Assembly (NCBI GenBank): GCA_963827685.1
Contig: CAWHBU010000003.1
Coordinates: 832,001-896,000 of the forward strand
Source of the DNA: an uncultured delta proteobacterium
GTDB taxonomy: Bacteria > Desulfobacterota > BSN033 > UBA1163
Direction: 5' to 3'
DNA length: 64,000 nt
Each line of letters starts with the position of its first letter. The stretch's first letter is position 1. The notes beneath the pieces are model-generated. The model was not told where the DNA came from and searched no databases. It saw nothing but the letters and a program-made list of their open reading frames with translations. Positions 1 to 10,796 of this stretch are shown here, one piece after another. Both the position numbers and the translations under genes were made by a program.

Positions 1-737
1 TGGCCTGCCATCCCATTGGCCAAAAGCAAAACCGTATCATTGGTGCTGGTCTCCCCATCAATCGTGATCCGGTTATACGATGCCTCAGCGGCCTTTTCCA
101 GCATTCGTTGAAGGAGGGGAGCCTTAATGCAGGCATCCGTGACAAGGAAGGAGAGCATCGTTGCCAAATTGGGACGAATCATTCCTGCCCCCTTCGCCAT
201 TCCGCACAACTTCACTTGCTTCCCTTTGATGCGACCCGTGGCCACCTCAACCTTCGGAAAGGTATCTGTGGTCATCATCGCCTCCACCGTGCTCATCCAA
301 CCCTCCGGAGAAAGCTGACCAATCAATTTAGGAATTCCTTCTTCAATCTTCTCCAATGGAAGCGGGCTTCCAATTACTCCTGTGGAGGAAGGGAAGACCA
401 GCCGTTCATCGATTTCCAACTGTTTTGCAACAAACGAAGAAACCCTTTTGGCATCTCTCAACCCTTGACTCCCTGTACAGGCGTTGGCATTACCGCTGTT
501 CACAATGATTGCCTGGCATAAACCTCTCTTGATACGCTCCATACCCAATTGCACGGGTGCTGCTTTTACGGCATTCGTTGTGAAAAGCCCGGCTACCTGA
601 GCGGGAACCTCTGAGTAGATCAAGCCCAAATCCCTTTTTCCATCTTTCTTGATCCCTGCTGAAATCCCCGAAAAAAGAAAACCTGAAACTTTAAATCGTG
701 AATCGTGATGCGTGACTCGTGATCCGTGATCTGACAT
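1..737 (-). CDS. argJ: Bifunctional ornithine acetyltransferase/N-acetylglutamate synthase (3' end runs off the window)
   Basis: Absent from the ORF track because it has no stop inside the window. Manual translation from ATG 737 gives MSDHGSRVTHHDSRFKVSGFLFSGISAGIKKDGKRDLGLIYSE...AGLFTTNAVKAAPV...AIIVNSGNANACTG, typical of ArgJ. AGGAG lies upstream. Confidence 0.93.
   Translation of the reverse strand, partial: MSDHGSRVTHHDSRFKVSGFLFSGISAGIKKDGKRDLGLIYSEVPAQVAGLFTTNAVKAAPVQLGMERIKRGLCQAIIVNSGNANACTGSQGLRDAKRVSSFVAKQLEIDERLVFPSSTGVIGSPLPLEKIEEGIPKLIGQLSPEGWMSTVEAMMTTDTFPKVEVATGRIKGKQVKLCGMAKGAGMIRPNLATMLSFLVTDACIKAPLLQRMLEKAAEASYNRITIDGETSTNDTVLLLANGMAG
696..733. repeat. TCGTGAN heptamer tandem array (solo CAC-type arm in mRNA sense) inside the argJ 5' end
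   Basis: tcgtgaa tcgtgat gcgtgac tcgtgat ccgtgat. Confidence 0.85.
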
Positions 738-811
738 CTTAAACTCTTCTCCTATTCCGCAATCCGAATTCCGGGCGAAGCATCCGTCTCGGATCAACCC
801 GCAATATTGGA

Positions 812-3484
812 TTAAGCCCTTGCCTCTTCCTTCAACAGGCAGCACCGCTTGTACTTCTTCCCACTCCCGCATGGACAGGGATCATTCCGTCCCACCTTCT
901 TTCCTTCCCGTCGAACGGTTACACCCTTTCCGCTTTCTGTTTTTCCACCTTCGCCGTGGGCTGCCTCCCCTCGGCTCAAGACAAAGTTCTGTTTCCGTTC
1001 CAGCTTTATCTCCTGAGCCTCCTTTTCCTTGGCAACCTGAATGGCAAAGAGTTTTTCAACCGTATCCCTTTTTATCCTGTCCAGCATCTCGAGAAACATT
1101 TGATAGGCTTCTTTTTGATATTCGATGAGGGGGTCCTTCTGACCATAACCTCTTAAACCGATCCCTTCCTTCAACTGATCAATGGCAAGAAGGTGGTCCT
1201 TCCAATGGAAATCAATGGATTGGAGCATAATCACCTTTTCCAGGTATCGAAGCATGGGTGCTCCAAATTCTTCCTCCTTCTTTTCGTAAACGTCCTTCGC
1301 ACTCTGCACAATCATTTCTTTTAATTGGTCTCTCCTGATCCCATTTTCTTCCATCGAGGGAACAGACCACTTGAAAGAAAATTGTTGAAAAAAGGCGTCC
1401 TGAAGCGCTTTCAGGTCCCACTCCTCGGGGTGTTCCTTTTCATCCGTATAGAAATCAACGAGCCCTTCGCCCTCCTCTTCAATCATCTCCATCACGGTGT
1501 CTTTCAGGTCTTCGCTGCCGAGAACCTCTCTCCGTTGGGAATAGATCACTTCTCTCTGTTTGTTCATGACATTGTCGTATTCCAACAGATGCTTCCGTAT
1601 TTCGAAATTGTGGGCCTCCACTTTCCTCTGGGCGCTCTCAATGGCCTTGGTAACCAGTCCATGTTCGATGGGCTGGTCCTCTTCAATCCCTAACCGATCC
1701 ATAATTTTAGAGATCCTCTCCGAGCCGAAAATCCTCAAGAGGTCATCCTCCAACGAGAGAAAGAATCGGGAGGAACCAGGATCGCCTTGTCTGCCAGATC
1801 TTCCTCTCAATTGATTATCAATGCGTCTCGCCTCATGCCGCTCGGTTCCCAATACATGGAGGCCTCCCACCTGAATGACTTTCTCCTTCTCCTTTTGAAC
1901 AATGCCTAAGGCCTTTCCGGTGGCCTCCTTCATCGTCTCTTCAGTGGCCTCCTCTTTCACGAGAGTCTTGGCTAAAAATTTTGGATTCCCTCCCAACAGG
2001 ATGTCTGTGCCTCTTCCAGCCATATTCGTAGAGATGGTCACGGCTCCTACCCTTCCCGCCTGAGCAATGATTTCAGCCTCTCTGTCATGATGTTTGGCGT
2101 TAAGGACATTATGCTGAACCCCCTGTTTCTTCAGGAGCTGACTCAATCTCTCAGACTTCTCAATGGAGATCGTGCCCACCAGAACCGGATGGCCGGATTG
2201 ATAGAGTTCTTTGATCTCACGGACGACGGCACGAAACTTCTCATCCTCAGTTTTATAAATGACATCCGCATAATTGGTGCGGATCAGGGGCATATTGGTG
2301 GGAATGACCACCACATCGAGATTATAAATTTTACGGAATTCCGCTGCTTCCGTGTCCGCGGTCCCCGTCATCCCGGCCAACTTTTTGTACATTCGAAAAT
2401 AATTTTGAAAGGTAACGGTGGCCAGTGTCTGATTTTCATTTTCGATCCGGACATTTTCTTTGGCTTCCACCGCCTGATGGAGACCATCGCTCCATCTCCT
2501 CCCGGGCATCAGCCTCCCGGTAAACTCATCGACAATGATCACCTCCCCCTCTTTGACCACATAGTCCACATCTCGTTTAAAAAGGGTATGGGCTTTCAAA
2601 CCCTGATTCACATGATGAAGCGTCTCAATATTTCTGGGATCGTACAGGTTTTCGACATGGATCAATTTCTCCACATGGACTACCCCCTCTTCTGTTAGGA
2701 AGGCGGTGTGGCTTTTCTCTTCTAACTGATAATCTGTCCCCTGCTTCAGAGAGGGGATGATGCGGTTGATCTTATAATATTTATCGGTGGATTCTTCTGC
2801 GGGGCCGGAGATAATGAGCGGGGTCCTGGCTTCATCGATCAGGATGCTATCCACCTCATCCACAATGCCATAGTTCAGATCCCGCTGGACATAATCTTCA
2901 AGGGTAAATTTCATATTGTCCCGGAGGTAGTCGAACCCGAATTCGTTATTCGTCCCGTAGGTGATATCACAACCATACGCCTCCTTACGCTCCCGGTCAT
3001 TGAGTTCGTGAACGATCACCCCTACGGAAAGGCCCAGGAACCGGTAGATCACGCCCATCCATTCCCTATCCCTTTTCGCCAGGTAGTCATTCACCGTGAC
3101 GATGTGGACCCCTTTCCCCTCAAGGGCATTCAGATAAGCGGACAAGGTGGACACCAGGGTCTTCCCTTCACCAGTTGCCATCTCAGCGATTTTGCCTCCG
3201 TGAAGAACAATTCCTCCAATCAACTGGACATCATAATGTCTTTCACCAAGGGTCCGTTTCGCTGTCTCACGCACGACGGCAAAGGCTTCAGGAAGGATCT
3301 CATCGATGGACTCCCCGCGCCCAACTCGCTCTTTAAATTCAGAAGTCTTGGCGCGGAGCTGGTCATCACTCAGCGGGCTGATTTCCGGCTCCCATTGGTT
3401 GATTTTGTCGACGAGGGGCTGAATCCTTCTTAATTCCCTCTCGTTCTTACTGCCCACGATCTTCTTGATCAGTGACCCAATCAT
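812..3484 (-). CDS. secA: Preprotein translocase ATPase SecA
   Basis: [36 protein letters not shown] and C-terminal [18 protein letters not shown]. Confidence 0.99.
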   Translation of the reverse strand: MIGSLIKKIVGSKNERELRRIQPLVDKINQWEPEISPLSDDQLRAKTSEFKERVGRGESIDEILPEAFAVVRETAKRTLGERHYDVQLIGGIVLHGGKIAEMATGEGKTLVSTLSAYLNALEGKGVHIVTVNDYLAKRDREWMGVIYRFLGLSVGVIVHELNDRERKEAYGCDITYGTNNEFGFDYLRDNMKFTLEDYVQRDLNYGIVDEVDSILIDEARTPLIISGPAEESTDKYYKINRIIPSLKQGTDYQLEEKSHTAFLTEEGVVHVEKLIHVENLYDPRNIETLHHVNQGLKAHTLFKRDVDYVVKEGEVIIVDEFTGRLMPGRRWSDGLHQAVEAKENVRIENENQTLATVTFQNYFRMYKKLAGMTGTADTEAAEFRKIYNLDVVVIPTNMPLIRTNYADVIYKTEDEKFRAVVREIKELYQSGHPVLVGTISIEKSERLSQLLKKQGVQHNVLNAKHHDREAEIIAQAGRVGAVTISTNMAGRGTDILLGGNPKFLAKTLVKEEATEETMKEATGKALGIVQKEKEKVIQVGGLHVLGTERHEARRIDNQLRGRSGRQGDPGSSRFFLSLEDDLLRIFGSERISKIMDRLGIEEDQPIEHGLVTKAIESAQRKVEAHNFEIRKHLLEYDNVMNKQREVIYSQRREVLGSEDLKDTVMEMIEEEGEGLVDFYTDEKEHPEEWDLKALQDAFFQQFSFKWSVPSMEENGIRRDQLKEMIVQSAKDVYEKKEEEFGAPMLRYLEKVIMLQSIDFHWKDHLLAIDQLKEGIGLRGYGQKDPLIEYQKEAYQMFLEMLDRIKRDTVEKLFAIQVAKEKEAQEIKLERKQNFVLSRGEAAHGEGGKTESGKGVTVRREGKKVGRNDPCPCGSGKKYKRCCLLKEEARA

Positions 3485-3525
3485 AAAATGCCCTTCTCCT
3501 ATTGGTTCTTCTTTAATTTCGGAAA

Positions 3526-3554
3526 ATTATATAACGGATTGCTCAGGGTTGCAA
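3526..3554 (-). promoter_or_regulatory. Sigma70-type promoter for secA
   Basis: Minus strand TTGCAA (3554-3549), 17 nt, TATAAT (3531-3526). Confidence 0.65.
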
Positions 3555-3615
3555 TCCTCAAAGATCAAAATCTCCAACAGAGAGCTTTGAAAAACTCCGA
3601 TCTGCCTCTTAAGCA

Positions 3616-3661
3616 GAGATTTCTGGACTTTTTCAGAAATCTCTAAACATAGCCCTTGACA
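3616..3661 (+). promoter_or_regulatory. Palindromic operator GAGATTTCTG-GACTTTTT-CAGAAATCTC 12 nt upstream of TTGACA
   Basis: Perfect 10-bp arms; a near-identical copy with the same spacing is at 33006-32961. Confidence 0.6.
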
Positions 3662-3708
3662 AAAACTATTTCTTTCACTTGAATGGAAGGGTGGGAAGTC
3701 AAAGAAGG

Positions 3709-4836
3709 ATGTGGACGAAACTCGAAATGGTATCGATTTCATTCTGGCTCATTCTCTTTCTGTTGTCGAATAGAATCGTTCAAGCGGAGGAGATCGTCCA
3801 AGCCGTTCCGGTGATCACTGTGACGGCGGTTGGAGATATCATGATGGGGACAGATTACCCTTCTCCAAAGCTCCCGAAGAAGGATGGAAGGTTTCTCTTT
3901 GAAGCGTCAAAGGAATTTTTGAGAAAGGCCGATATCGTATTTGGTAATCTTGAGGGACCCCTCTATGAGGGAGGCTCACCTGAAAAAAAGGGGAAAGACG
4001 GAGAATCTTATGTCTTTCGAACTCCGCCGAGGTATGTCAAGAACCTTGTCGATGCCGGCTTTAATGTCGTCTCGCTTGCAAACAATCACGCGGGAGATTT
4101 TGGATATCCGGGGATGTCCTCCACCAAAAAAGTTTTGGATACCGAACGAATAAAGTATTCGAGCAAGGCAGGAGAGGTGGCGGAGTTTGAAATCAAAGGG
4201 GTAAGAATTGGTCTTGTCGCATTTTCCTTCGGTTCACCTCCGAGGTCCATTGTATACCCTGAGAGGGCATTGGAAGAGATAGAGGAGCTTTCGAAGAAAT
4301 ATGATCTGTTGATCTTATCGATTCACGGAGGCAGAGAAGGAAGGACAGCCTTGCAAACCAAAAATGAGTTTGAGTATTTCTTGGACGAACCAAGAGGGAA
4401 TCTCATTCAATTTGCCCATGAGGCTGTTGAGAGGGGCGCGGATCTTGTCCTGGGTCATGGACCCCATGTCCCGAGAGCGATAGAGATCTATCACGACAGG
4501 CTGATTGTTTACAGTCTTGGCAACTTCTGTACCTATGAAGGAATGAGTTTGGATAAGGAAAAGGGCTATGCCCCTTTGTTATGGGTGGAATTGGGTAAGA
4601 ACGGCGAGTTCATAAGAGGAAAGATATACTCTTTCATACAGGTCCCGCCAGGAGGACCTATATGGGATGAACGAGAAAGGGCCTATACCCTGATCAAAAA
4701 ACTTTCTCAAGAGGATTTCCCAGAAACGACTCCTTTTTTCGGTGAATCAGAGATCATGCTCCCGAGAGAAAAACCTTTAGAGGGTGACGCTTTTTCCACC
4801 TTCGGGAATCTTTCGACAGTCGATCTATCCGAGTAA
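3709..4836 (+). CDS. CapA/PGA_cap family metallophosphoesterase with signal peptide
   Basis: AVGDIMMG, GNLEG, SLANNH, SIHGG, LGHGPHV and YSLGNF motifs; start moved to ATG 3709. Confidence 0.9.
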   Translation: MWTKLEMVSISFWLILFLLSNRIVQAEEIVQAVPVITVTAVGDIMMGTDYPSPKLPKKDGRFLFEASKEFLRKADIVFGNLEGPLYEGGSPEKKGKDGESYVFRTPPRYVKNLVDAGFNVVSLANNHAGDFGYPGMSSTKKVLDTERIKYSSKAGEVAEFEIKGVRIGLVAFSFGSPPRSIVYPERALEEIEELSKKYDLLILSIHGGREGRTALQTKNEFEYFLDEPRGNLIQFAHEAVERGADLVLGHGPHVPRAIEIYHDRLIVYSLGNFCTYEGMSLDKEKGYAPLLWVELGKNGEFIRGKIYSFIQVPPGGPIWDERERAYTLIKKLSQEDFPETTPFFGESEIMLPREKPLEGDAFSTFGNLSTVDLSE

Positions 4837-4965
4837 ACCCCGTTAGAAATTCCAGCGAGGTATTAAACCCTACCGGAATTATTCTAAAATATAACCCCGC
4901 TGCACAGCCCTGCACCGCATGGTGTACAGGGCAGAGCAGCGGGGCATTATTTCTAACGGGGTAAA
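4834..4965. mobile_element. MITE-like element with CCCCGTTAGAAAT...ATTTCTAACGGGG termini, flanking TAAA direct repeats and a nested internal hairpin
   Basis: 14-bp perfect inverted repeat at 4837-4850/4949-4962; internal CCCCGCTGC...GCAGCGGGG at 4895-4944. Confidence 0.65.
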
Positions 4966-5031
4966 GCAGGGGCATTCCGGGGAAAGAAAGAGGGGGTTGA
5001 TGCGCTGTTTTGGTCTATTTATTCGAGTGCT

Positions 5032-5940
5032 TTAATTCAGGATATACCTTACGGGGTTGACAGGAATGCCGTTCACCCTTACTTCATAATGGAGATGGGG
5101 ACCTGTTGATTTGCCCGTCGTCCCGACCTCGGCAATTTTATCCCCCCGCTTCACCTTTTGCCCGGCTCTTACAAAAACTTTATTGAGGTGAAAGTAGCGG
5201 CTGTTCGTTCCGAATCCATGGGAAATCACCACCACGTTCCCATGGGAGGAATCCCTCCCGGTGTCCGAAACGATCCCATCTGCTGTAGCAATGACAGGGG
5301 TTCCAATCCGATTCGAAATATCAAGGCCTTCGTGCATCTGGTTCAATCCCGTGAAGGGATTGGTCCGAAAACCAAAACCCGATGTCACCCATCCATGGAC
5401 CGGCCATATCGAGGGGGTGTGGACTAACATCTCCTTTTTATTTTGTAAAAGTTTTTCGAGTTCGGAAAGGCTCTCTTCTTGAGACGTTGCCTCTGATTCG
5501 AGACGTTCGATGTCCGTTCTCAGCTGCTGAGCCAGCCCTTTCTCATCCTTCTCTGTCTTCAATTTTTCTCTGACATCAGAGGGGGAGGGCCCACCCATTC
5601 CTATAAAGGAAGTCGTTTCCTGGCTTTTCTCCAAATTGGCAATGATTCGAATTCTCTTGTCAAAATCCTTCAATCTGGAGAGTTGTTTCTCCAGATCTTC
5701 AATCTTGGATGAGAAAAAATGAATCTTAGATTTCTGCTCTTGGGTCTGCTGCCGCAATTGACTCAATTCAAAGGTTTTTTTCCTGACCTGAATATAGTCG
5801 CAGAGGAAGAAAATGGTGGAGAGGAGAACAAAGCCTAAAAGATAAAGTCCAATCGTAAAAGTTTTTTTATGTATTCTGAGGTGCCGGGTCTTGGAAGTCT
5901 TTTGGCCAAAGACAAGAACATTAAAGTAATCTTTATCCAA
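5032..5940 (-). CDS. M23 family metallopeptidase with N-terminal TM and coiled coil
   Basis: HEGLD and TGPHLHYEV zinc motifs; TTG start preceded by AAGGAGG. Confidence 0.92.
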   Translation of the reverse strand: MDKDYFNVLVFGQKTSKTRHLRIHKKTFTIGLYLLGFVLLSTIFFLCDYIQVRKKTFELSQLRQQTQEQKSKIHFFSSKIEDLEKQLSRLKDFDKRIRIIANLEKSQETTSFIGMGGPSPSDVREKLKTEKDEKGLAQQLRTDIERLESEATSQEESLSELEKLLQNKKEMLVHTPSIWPVHGWVTSGFGFRTNPFTGLNQMHEGLDISNRIGTPVIATADGIVSDTGRDSSHGNVVVISHGFGTNSRYFHLNKVFVRAGQKVKRGDKIAEVGTTGKSTGPHLHYEVRVNGIPVNPVRYILN

Positions 5941-6100
5941 AATAACCTCCTTGTTTCATTCATTTATGAGTTATACTGCCCTTTGAAAGCCCTATTTTAA
6001 TACCAAACTAAACGTTCCCCTGTCAAGGCTTTTTTTAGGGAACCCCTCTCTTCTCAACTCCCTCCCCCTGAAGAAGAAGGGAATAAAATGAAATTTCTTT

Positions 6101-7486
6101 TTAATTTCCACTAATTAATAGCTCTTTCACTAATAGACTCGGAGACCCAACCCCGCCAAAAAATCTGAGGTCATCCCCTACGCCGATCACGTTTCGGAAG
6201 AGTTTGAAAAGGTTCCCCGCTATAGCGATCGATTTTACGGGATGGACTTTCTCTCCTCGATCGATCCAGTCGCCCGAACAGCCTAAAGAGAAGTCCCCTG
6301 AGATAGGGTCTACGGTATGGAGACCCATCACCTCCTCCACCACCAACCCCTGAGAAAGGTTTTCCATCAGCTTGGGTAAATCGAGATTTCCTGGCTCAAT
6401 GAAAAAGTTTGAGATCCCTACCCCAGGAGGGAATTTGATGCCATGGCGTCGGCTGTTTCCACTCGACTCAACGCGCGACCCTGAGGAGGATAGATTTTCT
6501 CGATTTGCCCAATATCGGTCGCATAAATAACCGGTCAGTACTCCCTGAACGACTAAGGAGGTTCGTTGACTCGGCACCCCCTCTCCGTCGATGGGAGCAG
6601 TTGAGATTCCTTTTGAATAAAGTCCGTCATCCACAATCGTGAGGAGGGGAGAAAAAAATCTTTCCCCTCGCCTTCCCTTCAAGGGCGATTTCCCTTTCTG
6701 CACCTGATCCGCCAAAAAGGAATGGGCGAGGAGTGATAAAAATTCTGAAGCCACGTTATTGCGAATGAGGACCGGATAGACACCTGTAGGAATTCGCTTT
6801 CCACCCAGCCTTTCCAATGCCTTCCTCCCGGCTAATCGCCCAACTTTCTCCACATCGAGATCATTGGTAAAATGGCTGAAATCGAAATCCCAACCCACCT
6901 CAGAATCTCCTGATTCCTCGGCCACGGCGGTCACGCTCACAGAGGCAAGAGAGTGGTCATAGGAAAACTGAAGGCCATTAGAATTGATCAAGGTTGTCCT
7001 GGAGAGAACCTCCTGGTAAGAGGCCTTCCTCACCTTTTTAATCCTCTCCGAATCTACAGACCTGGCTGACTCCTCTAAACATTTTGCTTTTTCGATCTTC
7101 GCCTTCTCCGAAGTCCTCTCCATTGTTTCATCAAAAATAGGTACCTGGGCAGGGGAGGCTTTGAGAGCAGGTGCGAAATCGAAACAGGAATCTGCGGAGG
7201 TCGCCTCGGCACTCCTGATCGCATCCTCGACCATCCGATTCAGCTCGCCTGAAAAATTCCCTCTGACAAAAGGAGAGGGATTCGAAAAAGTGGTGTATGA
7301 AAAACCCATTCGCTGATGATCTAAAATACGGAAGGCCATCCCCGAGTATCGAGAGGTCTCAAGGGTTTCGATCTTTCCCTCTTTTGATTCAATATCAAAA
7401 TGGGAAGATTGATTGAAATAAATCTCATAACCATCAATCGGTCTTTTTCTTAGAATGCTCAGCGCTTGATTAATTATTTCATTCAT
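6101..7486 (-). CDS. pmbA: TldD/PmbA family protein (PmbA/TldE-like)
   Basis: DGEGVP, NFFIEPG, GDFSLG and IAGNL motifs. Confidence 0.88.
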   Translation of the reverse strand: MNEIINQALSILRKRPIDGYEIYFNQSSHFDIESKEGKIETLETSRYSGMAFRILDHQRMGFSYTTFSNPSPFVRGNFSGELNRMVEDAIRSAEATSADSCFDFAPALKASPAQVPIFDETMERTSEKAKIEKAKCLEESARSVDSERIKKVRKASYQEVLSRTTLINSNGLQFSYDHSLASVSVTAVAEESGDSEVGWDFDFSHFTNDLDVEKVGRLAGRKALERLGGKRIPTGVYPVLIRNNVASEFLSLLAHSFLADQVQKGKSPLKGRRGERFFSPLLTIVDDGLYSKGISTAPIDGEGVPSQRTSLVVQGVLTGYLCDRYWANRENLSSSGSRVESSGNSRRHGIKFPPGVGISNFFIEPGNLDLPKLMENLSQGLVVEEVMGLHTVDPISGDFSLGCSGDWIDRGEKVHPVKSIAIAGNLFKLFRNVIGVGDDLRFFGGVGSPSLLVKELLISGN

Positions 7487-7501
7487 AAAACGCGTCTATC
7501 T

Positions 7502-7580
7502 TTCGTGATTCGTGAATCGTGATTCGTGATTCGCAAAAGAATGTTACTCTACGAATCACCAATCACGAATCACGAATCAC
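7502..7580. repeat. Empty heptamer hairpin element: (TTCGTGA)n, loop, (CGAATCA)n
   Basis: Arms at 7502-7533 and 7552-7580; the fabH TGA stop lies inside a repeat unit. Confidence 0.9.
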
Positions 7581-8608
7581 CATCTAATGAGACTGCTTGC
7601 CCAGGTGAGGCCTCCCCCAAATGCGGTGAGGACGATCAAATCCCCCTTTTGGATCGATCCGTCCCGGACCGCCTCATCGAGGGCAATAGGAATCGTAGCG
7701 GAAGAGATATTGGCATATTTCTCAATGGTGAGATAGACTTTTTCAATAGGTACATTCAGTCGCTTGGCCACCTGCTGAAGCATGCGCAGATTGGCCTGGT
7801 GGGGAATGATCCACTTTATATCGGACATTTGAACACCGTTAAAGGCAGCCGCCTCTTCGGCGGCCTCCGCAAATCGCTTCACTGCCACCCGGACAGATTC
7901 ATTGGCCTTAATCATCCTCAGGGTATGAAGTTTCCTGTCCACACTTTCATAAGAGATGGGAGTCGTTTTCGACCCACCGCCAGGAAGAAGCAGGTTTTCA
8001 CCGTTCGCTCCATCTGTGTGGATATGGGTGGAAAGGACTTCGCTGATCTCCTTTCCTGACTCCCGCAGGGGTTGATTCTCCCCAGAATCATCAAAGGCTC
8101 GAAGCACCACCGCACCTGCCCCGTCCCCCCATAGAATACAACTCTCCCGGTCCGTCCAATCAAGACTCCGGCTCATGATTTCTACAGACGCAACCAGAGC
8201 CGTTTTGTAAGTACCCGCTTTCAGATACTGCTCGGCAACAGAAAGACCAAATACAAATCCACTGCAGGCGGCGGTCACATCGAAGGAGACCGCCTTTTCA
8301 GCCCCTAATTTCGCCTCTAACCAGTTGGCTCCGGAAGGACAAGCCGTATCGGGTGTCATGGTGGTCATGATGATAAGGTCTATCCCCTCGACCGAAATCC
8401 CTGCCATTTCCATGGCTCGTAGTGAAGCCTCTTTGGCAAGGTCCGAGGCATTGACATTCGGCCCCGCAATTCTTCGTTCCCTAATTCCGGTCCTTTTATA
8501 AATCCACTCGTCATTGGTGTCTAAGGTCTTTTCCAGATCAATATTGGTGAGAATTCTCTCCGGAAGAAATGAACCGGTCCCCAATATCCCAATCCTCTTA
8601 CTACCCAT
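7577..8608 (-). CDS. fabH: 3-oxoacyl-ACP synthase III
   Basis: RTGIRERR, AACSGF, GDGAGA, PHQAN and AFGGGLTW. Confidence 0.93.
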   Translation of the reverse strand: MGSKRIGILGTGSFLPERILTNIDLEKTLDTNDEWIYKRTGIRERRIAGPNVNASDLAKEASLRAMEMAGISVEGIDLIIMTTMTPDTACPSGANWLEAKLGAEKAVSFDVTAACSGFVFGLSVAEQYLKAGTYKTALVASVEIMSRSLDWTDRESCILWGDGAGAVVLRAFDDSGENQPLRESGKEISEVLSTHIHTDGANGENLLLPGGGSKTTPISYESVDRKLHTLRMIKANESVRVAVKRFAEAAEEAAAFNGVQMSDIKWIIPHQANLRMLQQVAKRLNVPIEKVYLTIEKYANISSATIPIALDEAVRDGSIQKGDLIVLTAFGGGLTWASSLIRW

Positions 8609-8663
8609 TAGCAAACTCCTTTTCGTTCGAACGCCACGCGTTATGCTCTGCGCTTAGCGTATT

Positions 8664-9794
8664 TCACTCTTTATAAATCCGTGGCACCCTCTTCCCTATC
8701 AAACACAACACTTCGTAAGAGATCGAGTTGATTTTTTCTGCGATCTCCTCGGCAGTGATTTGTTCTCTCCCCTGCTTTCCCATCAATATTACTTCGTCTC
8801 CTGCTGAAACACTGGGGATATCGGTCACATCCACCATGATGAAATCCATGCACACCTTCCCCACGACAGGAGCCCTCTTTCCCCGGACCAACACCTCTCC
8901 ATGATTCGAGAGATGACGGCTGTACCCATCCGCATATCCAATCGGGAGGGTAGCGATGAGGCTCTCCCGCCTTGTTGTAAATGTCCCTCCGTAACTAATC
9001 CTTGTTCCAGGCGGAACCGATTTCAGAAAATGGATGCGGGTCTTCAGGGTCATGACGGGTTTGAGGGAAATAAGGGCTCGAAACGCGGGAGAAGGATACG
9101 AACCATAAAGCATGATTCCGGGTCGAACCAACCTGGCTGAGTATGCCGGGAAAGCGGCGAGCGCCGCGCTGCTGGCCATGTGAAGATATTCGTAGGAAAT
9201 TCCCAACTCTTCGGCAATGGCCACAGCTCTTTGAAATGCTTTCCATTGGCTTTGAGTAAAACCTTTTTCTTCGTCGGTCATGGAGAAATGGGAAAGGATA
9301 CCTTCTATTTCAATTTTTGGAGACCGTTTGACCTCATTTAAAAAATCGGGCCAAAGGTTGAGTGGTACACCCAGTCTTCCCATTCCCGTATCCACCTTGA
9401 GGTGAACCTTCACTTTCCTCCTCCGCTTCTCTGCCTCTCGGGAAAGGAGTTTTAATGAATCCCTTCTAAAGATGACGGGGGTGAGACGGAAACGAAAAAT
9501 TTGATCTACCTCTCCTCCAAAAATCCCTCCTAAGACAAGAATGGGGGCTTTCACCCCCCCCTTTCTCAACTCCACTCCTTCCTCAGAAATCGCGACACCC
9601 AAATACTCCACTCCTAACTTCTCCAATTTAAGAGAAACCGGAATGGCTCCGTGACCATAGGCATCCGCCTTGACCACAGCCAGGAGTTTCACGCCCTCAG
9701 GGATTCTTTTCTTAATTTGCCGATAATTAAATTCCAATGCCCCAAGATCGACTTCCCCAACCGTTGGTCTTCCTGAAGGAATAGACTTCTTCAT
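8664..9794 (-). CDS. alr: Alanine racemase
   Basis: AVVKADAYGHG PLP lysine motif, KVDTGMGRLG, GYADGY. Confidence 0.97.
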   Translation of the reverse strand: MKKSIPSGRPTVGEVDLGALEFNYRQIKKRIPEGVKLLAVVKADAYGHGAIPVSLKLEKLGVEYLGVAISEEGVELRKGGVKAPILVLGGIFGGEVDQIFRFRLTPVIFRRDSLKLLSREAEKRRRKVKVHLKVDTGMGRLGVPLNLWPDFLNEVKRSPKIEIEGILSHFSMTDEEKGFTQSQWKAFQRAVAIAEELGISYEYLHMASSAALAAFPAYSARLVRPGIMLYGSYPSPAFRALISLKPVMTLKTRIHFLKSVPPGTRISYGGTFTTRRESLIATLPIGYADGYSRHLSNHGEVLVRGKRAPVVGKVCMDFIMVDVTDIPSVSAGDEVILMGKQGREQITAEEIAEKINSISYEVLCLIGKRVPRIYKE

Positions 9795-9884
9795 CGATAT
9801 CCTTCTAAATCCGTGAATAAGAAGAAAAAAAGAATAAAAAAATTCTTAACATCAACGCTATCAAAAGTCAATGGAAACCCGACC

Positions 9885-9913
9885 TTGACAATTCCATCCC
9901 CGTCCATTAATCT
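9885..9913 (+). promoter_or_regulatory. Sigma70 promoter for thiF (likely leaderless)
   Basis: TTGACA 9885-9890, 17 nt, TAATCT 9908-9913; GTG at 9921. Confidence 0.55.
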
Positions 9914-9920
9914 GATCCTC

Positions 9921-10748
9921 GTGACAGAAAAGATTCCACAAGAAATCAGAATTAAGATCAATGAAAAGGAGAAACCCGTTCCCTCAAACGCCACTCTTTT
10001 TCATCTCAAGAATCAGTTCAAGCCCAACGCGGATGTGATCATCTACAACGGGTTTCCAGTCAACTCTGATCGTCCTCTTAAAGAGGGAGACGAGATCGTC
10101 TTCATCAAAAAGGAAGAAACCCCTTCTCCGGAAGAATTCGAATGCTTAATGATGGCAAGGCATACCCCCGGAATTCATCAGAAAATCAAAAAATCTGTTG
10201 TAGGAATCGCTGGACTAGGAGGTCTTGGGTCGGCCATTGCCATTGCATTAGCTCGTGTCGGAGTGGGAAGACTTATCTTGGTCGATTTCGATGTGGTGGA
10301 ACCTTCCAATCTGAATCGCCAGCAATACTTCGTCCATCAGATCGGAATGACCAAGGTGGAAGCCCTTCAAAAAAATATCGCCATCATCAATCCGTATGTG
10401 AAGGTTCAGACCTATCAAGAGAAAATAGACCGAAATAATGTGGAAAGAATCTTTGAAGAAGCCGAGGTGGTCGTGGAGGCCTTCGATCGCGCTGAAGAAA
10501 AGGCCATGTTGATCAATACGGTCTCAGAGAAGATGCCGGATAAATATATTGTAGCCGCTTCAGGCGTGGCGGGTTATGGAGATAATAATGAGATCAAAAC
10601 GGTCCGGTTCTCTTCAAAAATTTTCATTGTGGGAGACCACGAGACAGCCGCCCAGCCTGGAGTGGGCTTGATGGCACCGAGGGTTGGAATCGCCGCTCAC
10701 CATCAAGCCAACACCGTATTGAGAATCCTCTTAGGCGAGGAAAAGTAA
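9921..10748 (+). CDS. thiF: Sulfur-carrier adenylyltransferase ThiF with N-terminal ThiS-like ubiquitin domain
   Basis: GLGGLGS and DFDVVEPSNLNRQ; the ORF-track extension 9813-9920 is low-complexity and overlaps the promoter, so GTG 9921 is preferred. Confidence 0.85.
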   Translation: MTEKIPQEIRIKINEKEKPVPSNATLFHLKNQFKPNADVIIYNGFPVNSDRPLKEGDEIVFIKKEETPSPEEFECLMMARHTPGIHQKIKKSVVGIAGLGGLGSAIAIALARVGVGRLILVDFDVVEPSNLNRQQYFVHQIGMTKVEALQKNIAIINPYVKVQTYQEKIDRNNVERIFEEAEVVVEAFDRAEEKAMLINTVSEKMPDKYIVAASGVAGYGDNNEIKTVRFSSKIFIVGDHETAAQPGVGLMAPRVGIAAHHQANTVLRILLGEEK

Positions 10749-10796
10749 CAGCCGTTTATCTTGGTTGGGTATCAAAGGAATATTTTAATATCGTTT

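Noticed and set aside
108-521. Plus-strand ORFs 108-521 and 127-318
   Set aside because: They are antisense shadows of argJ.
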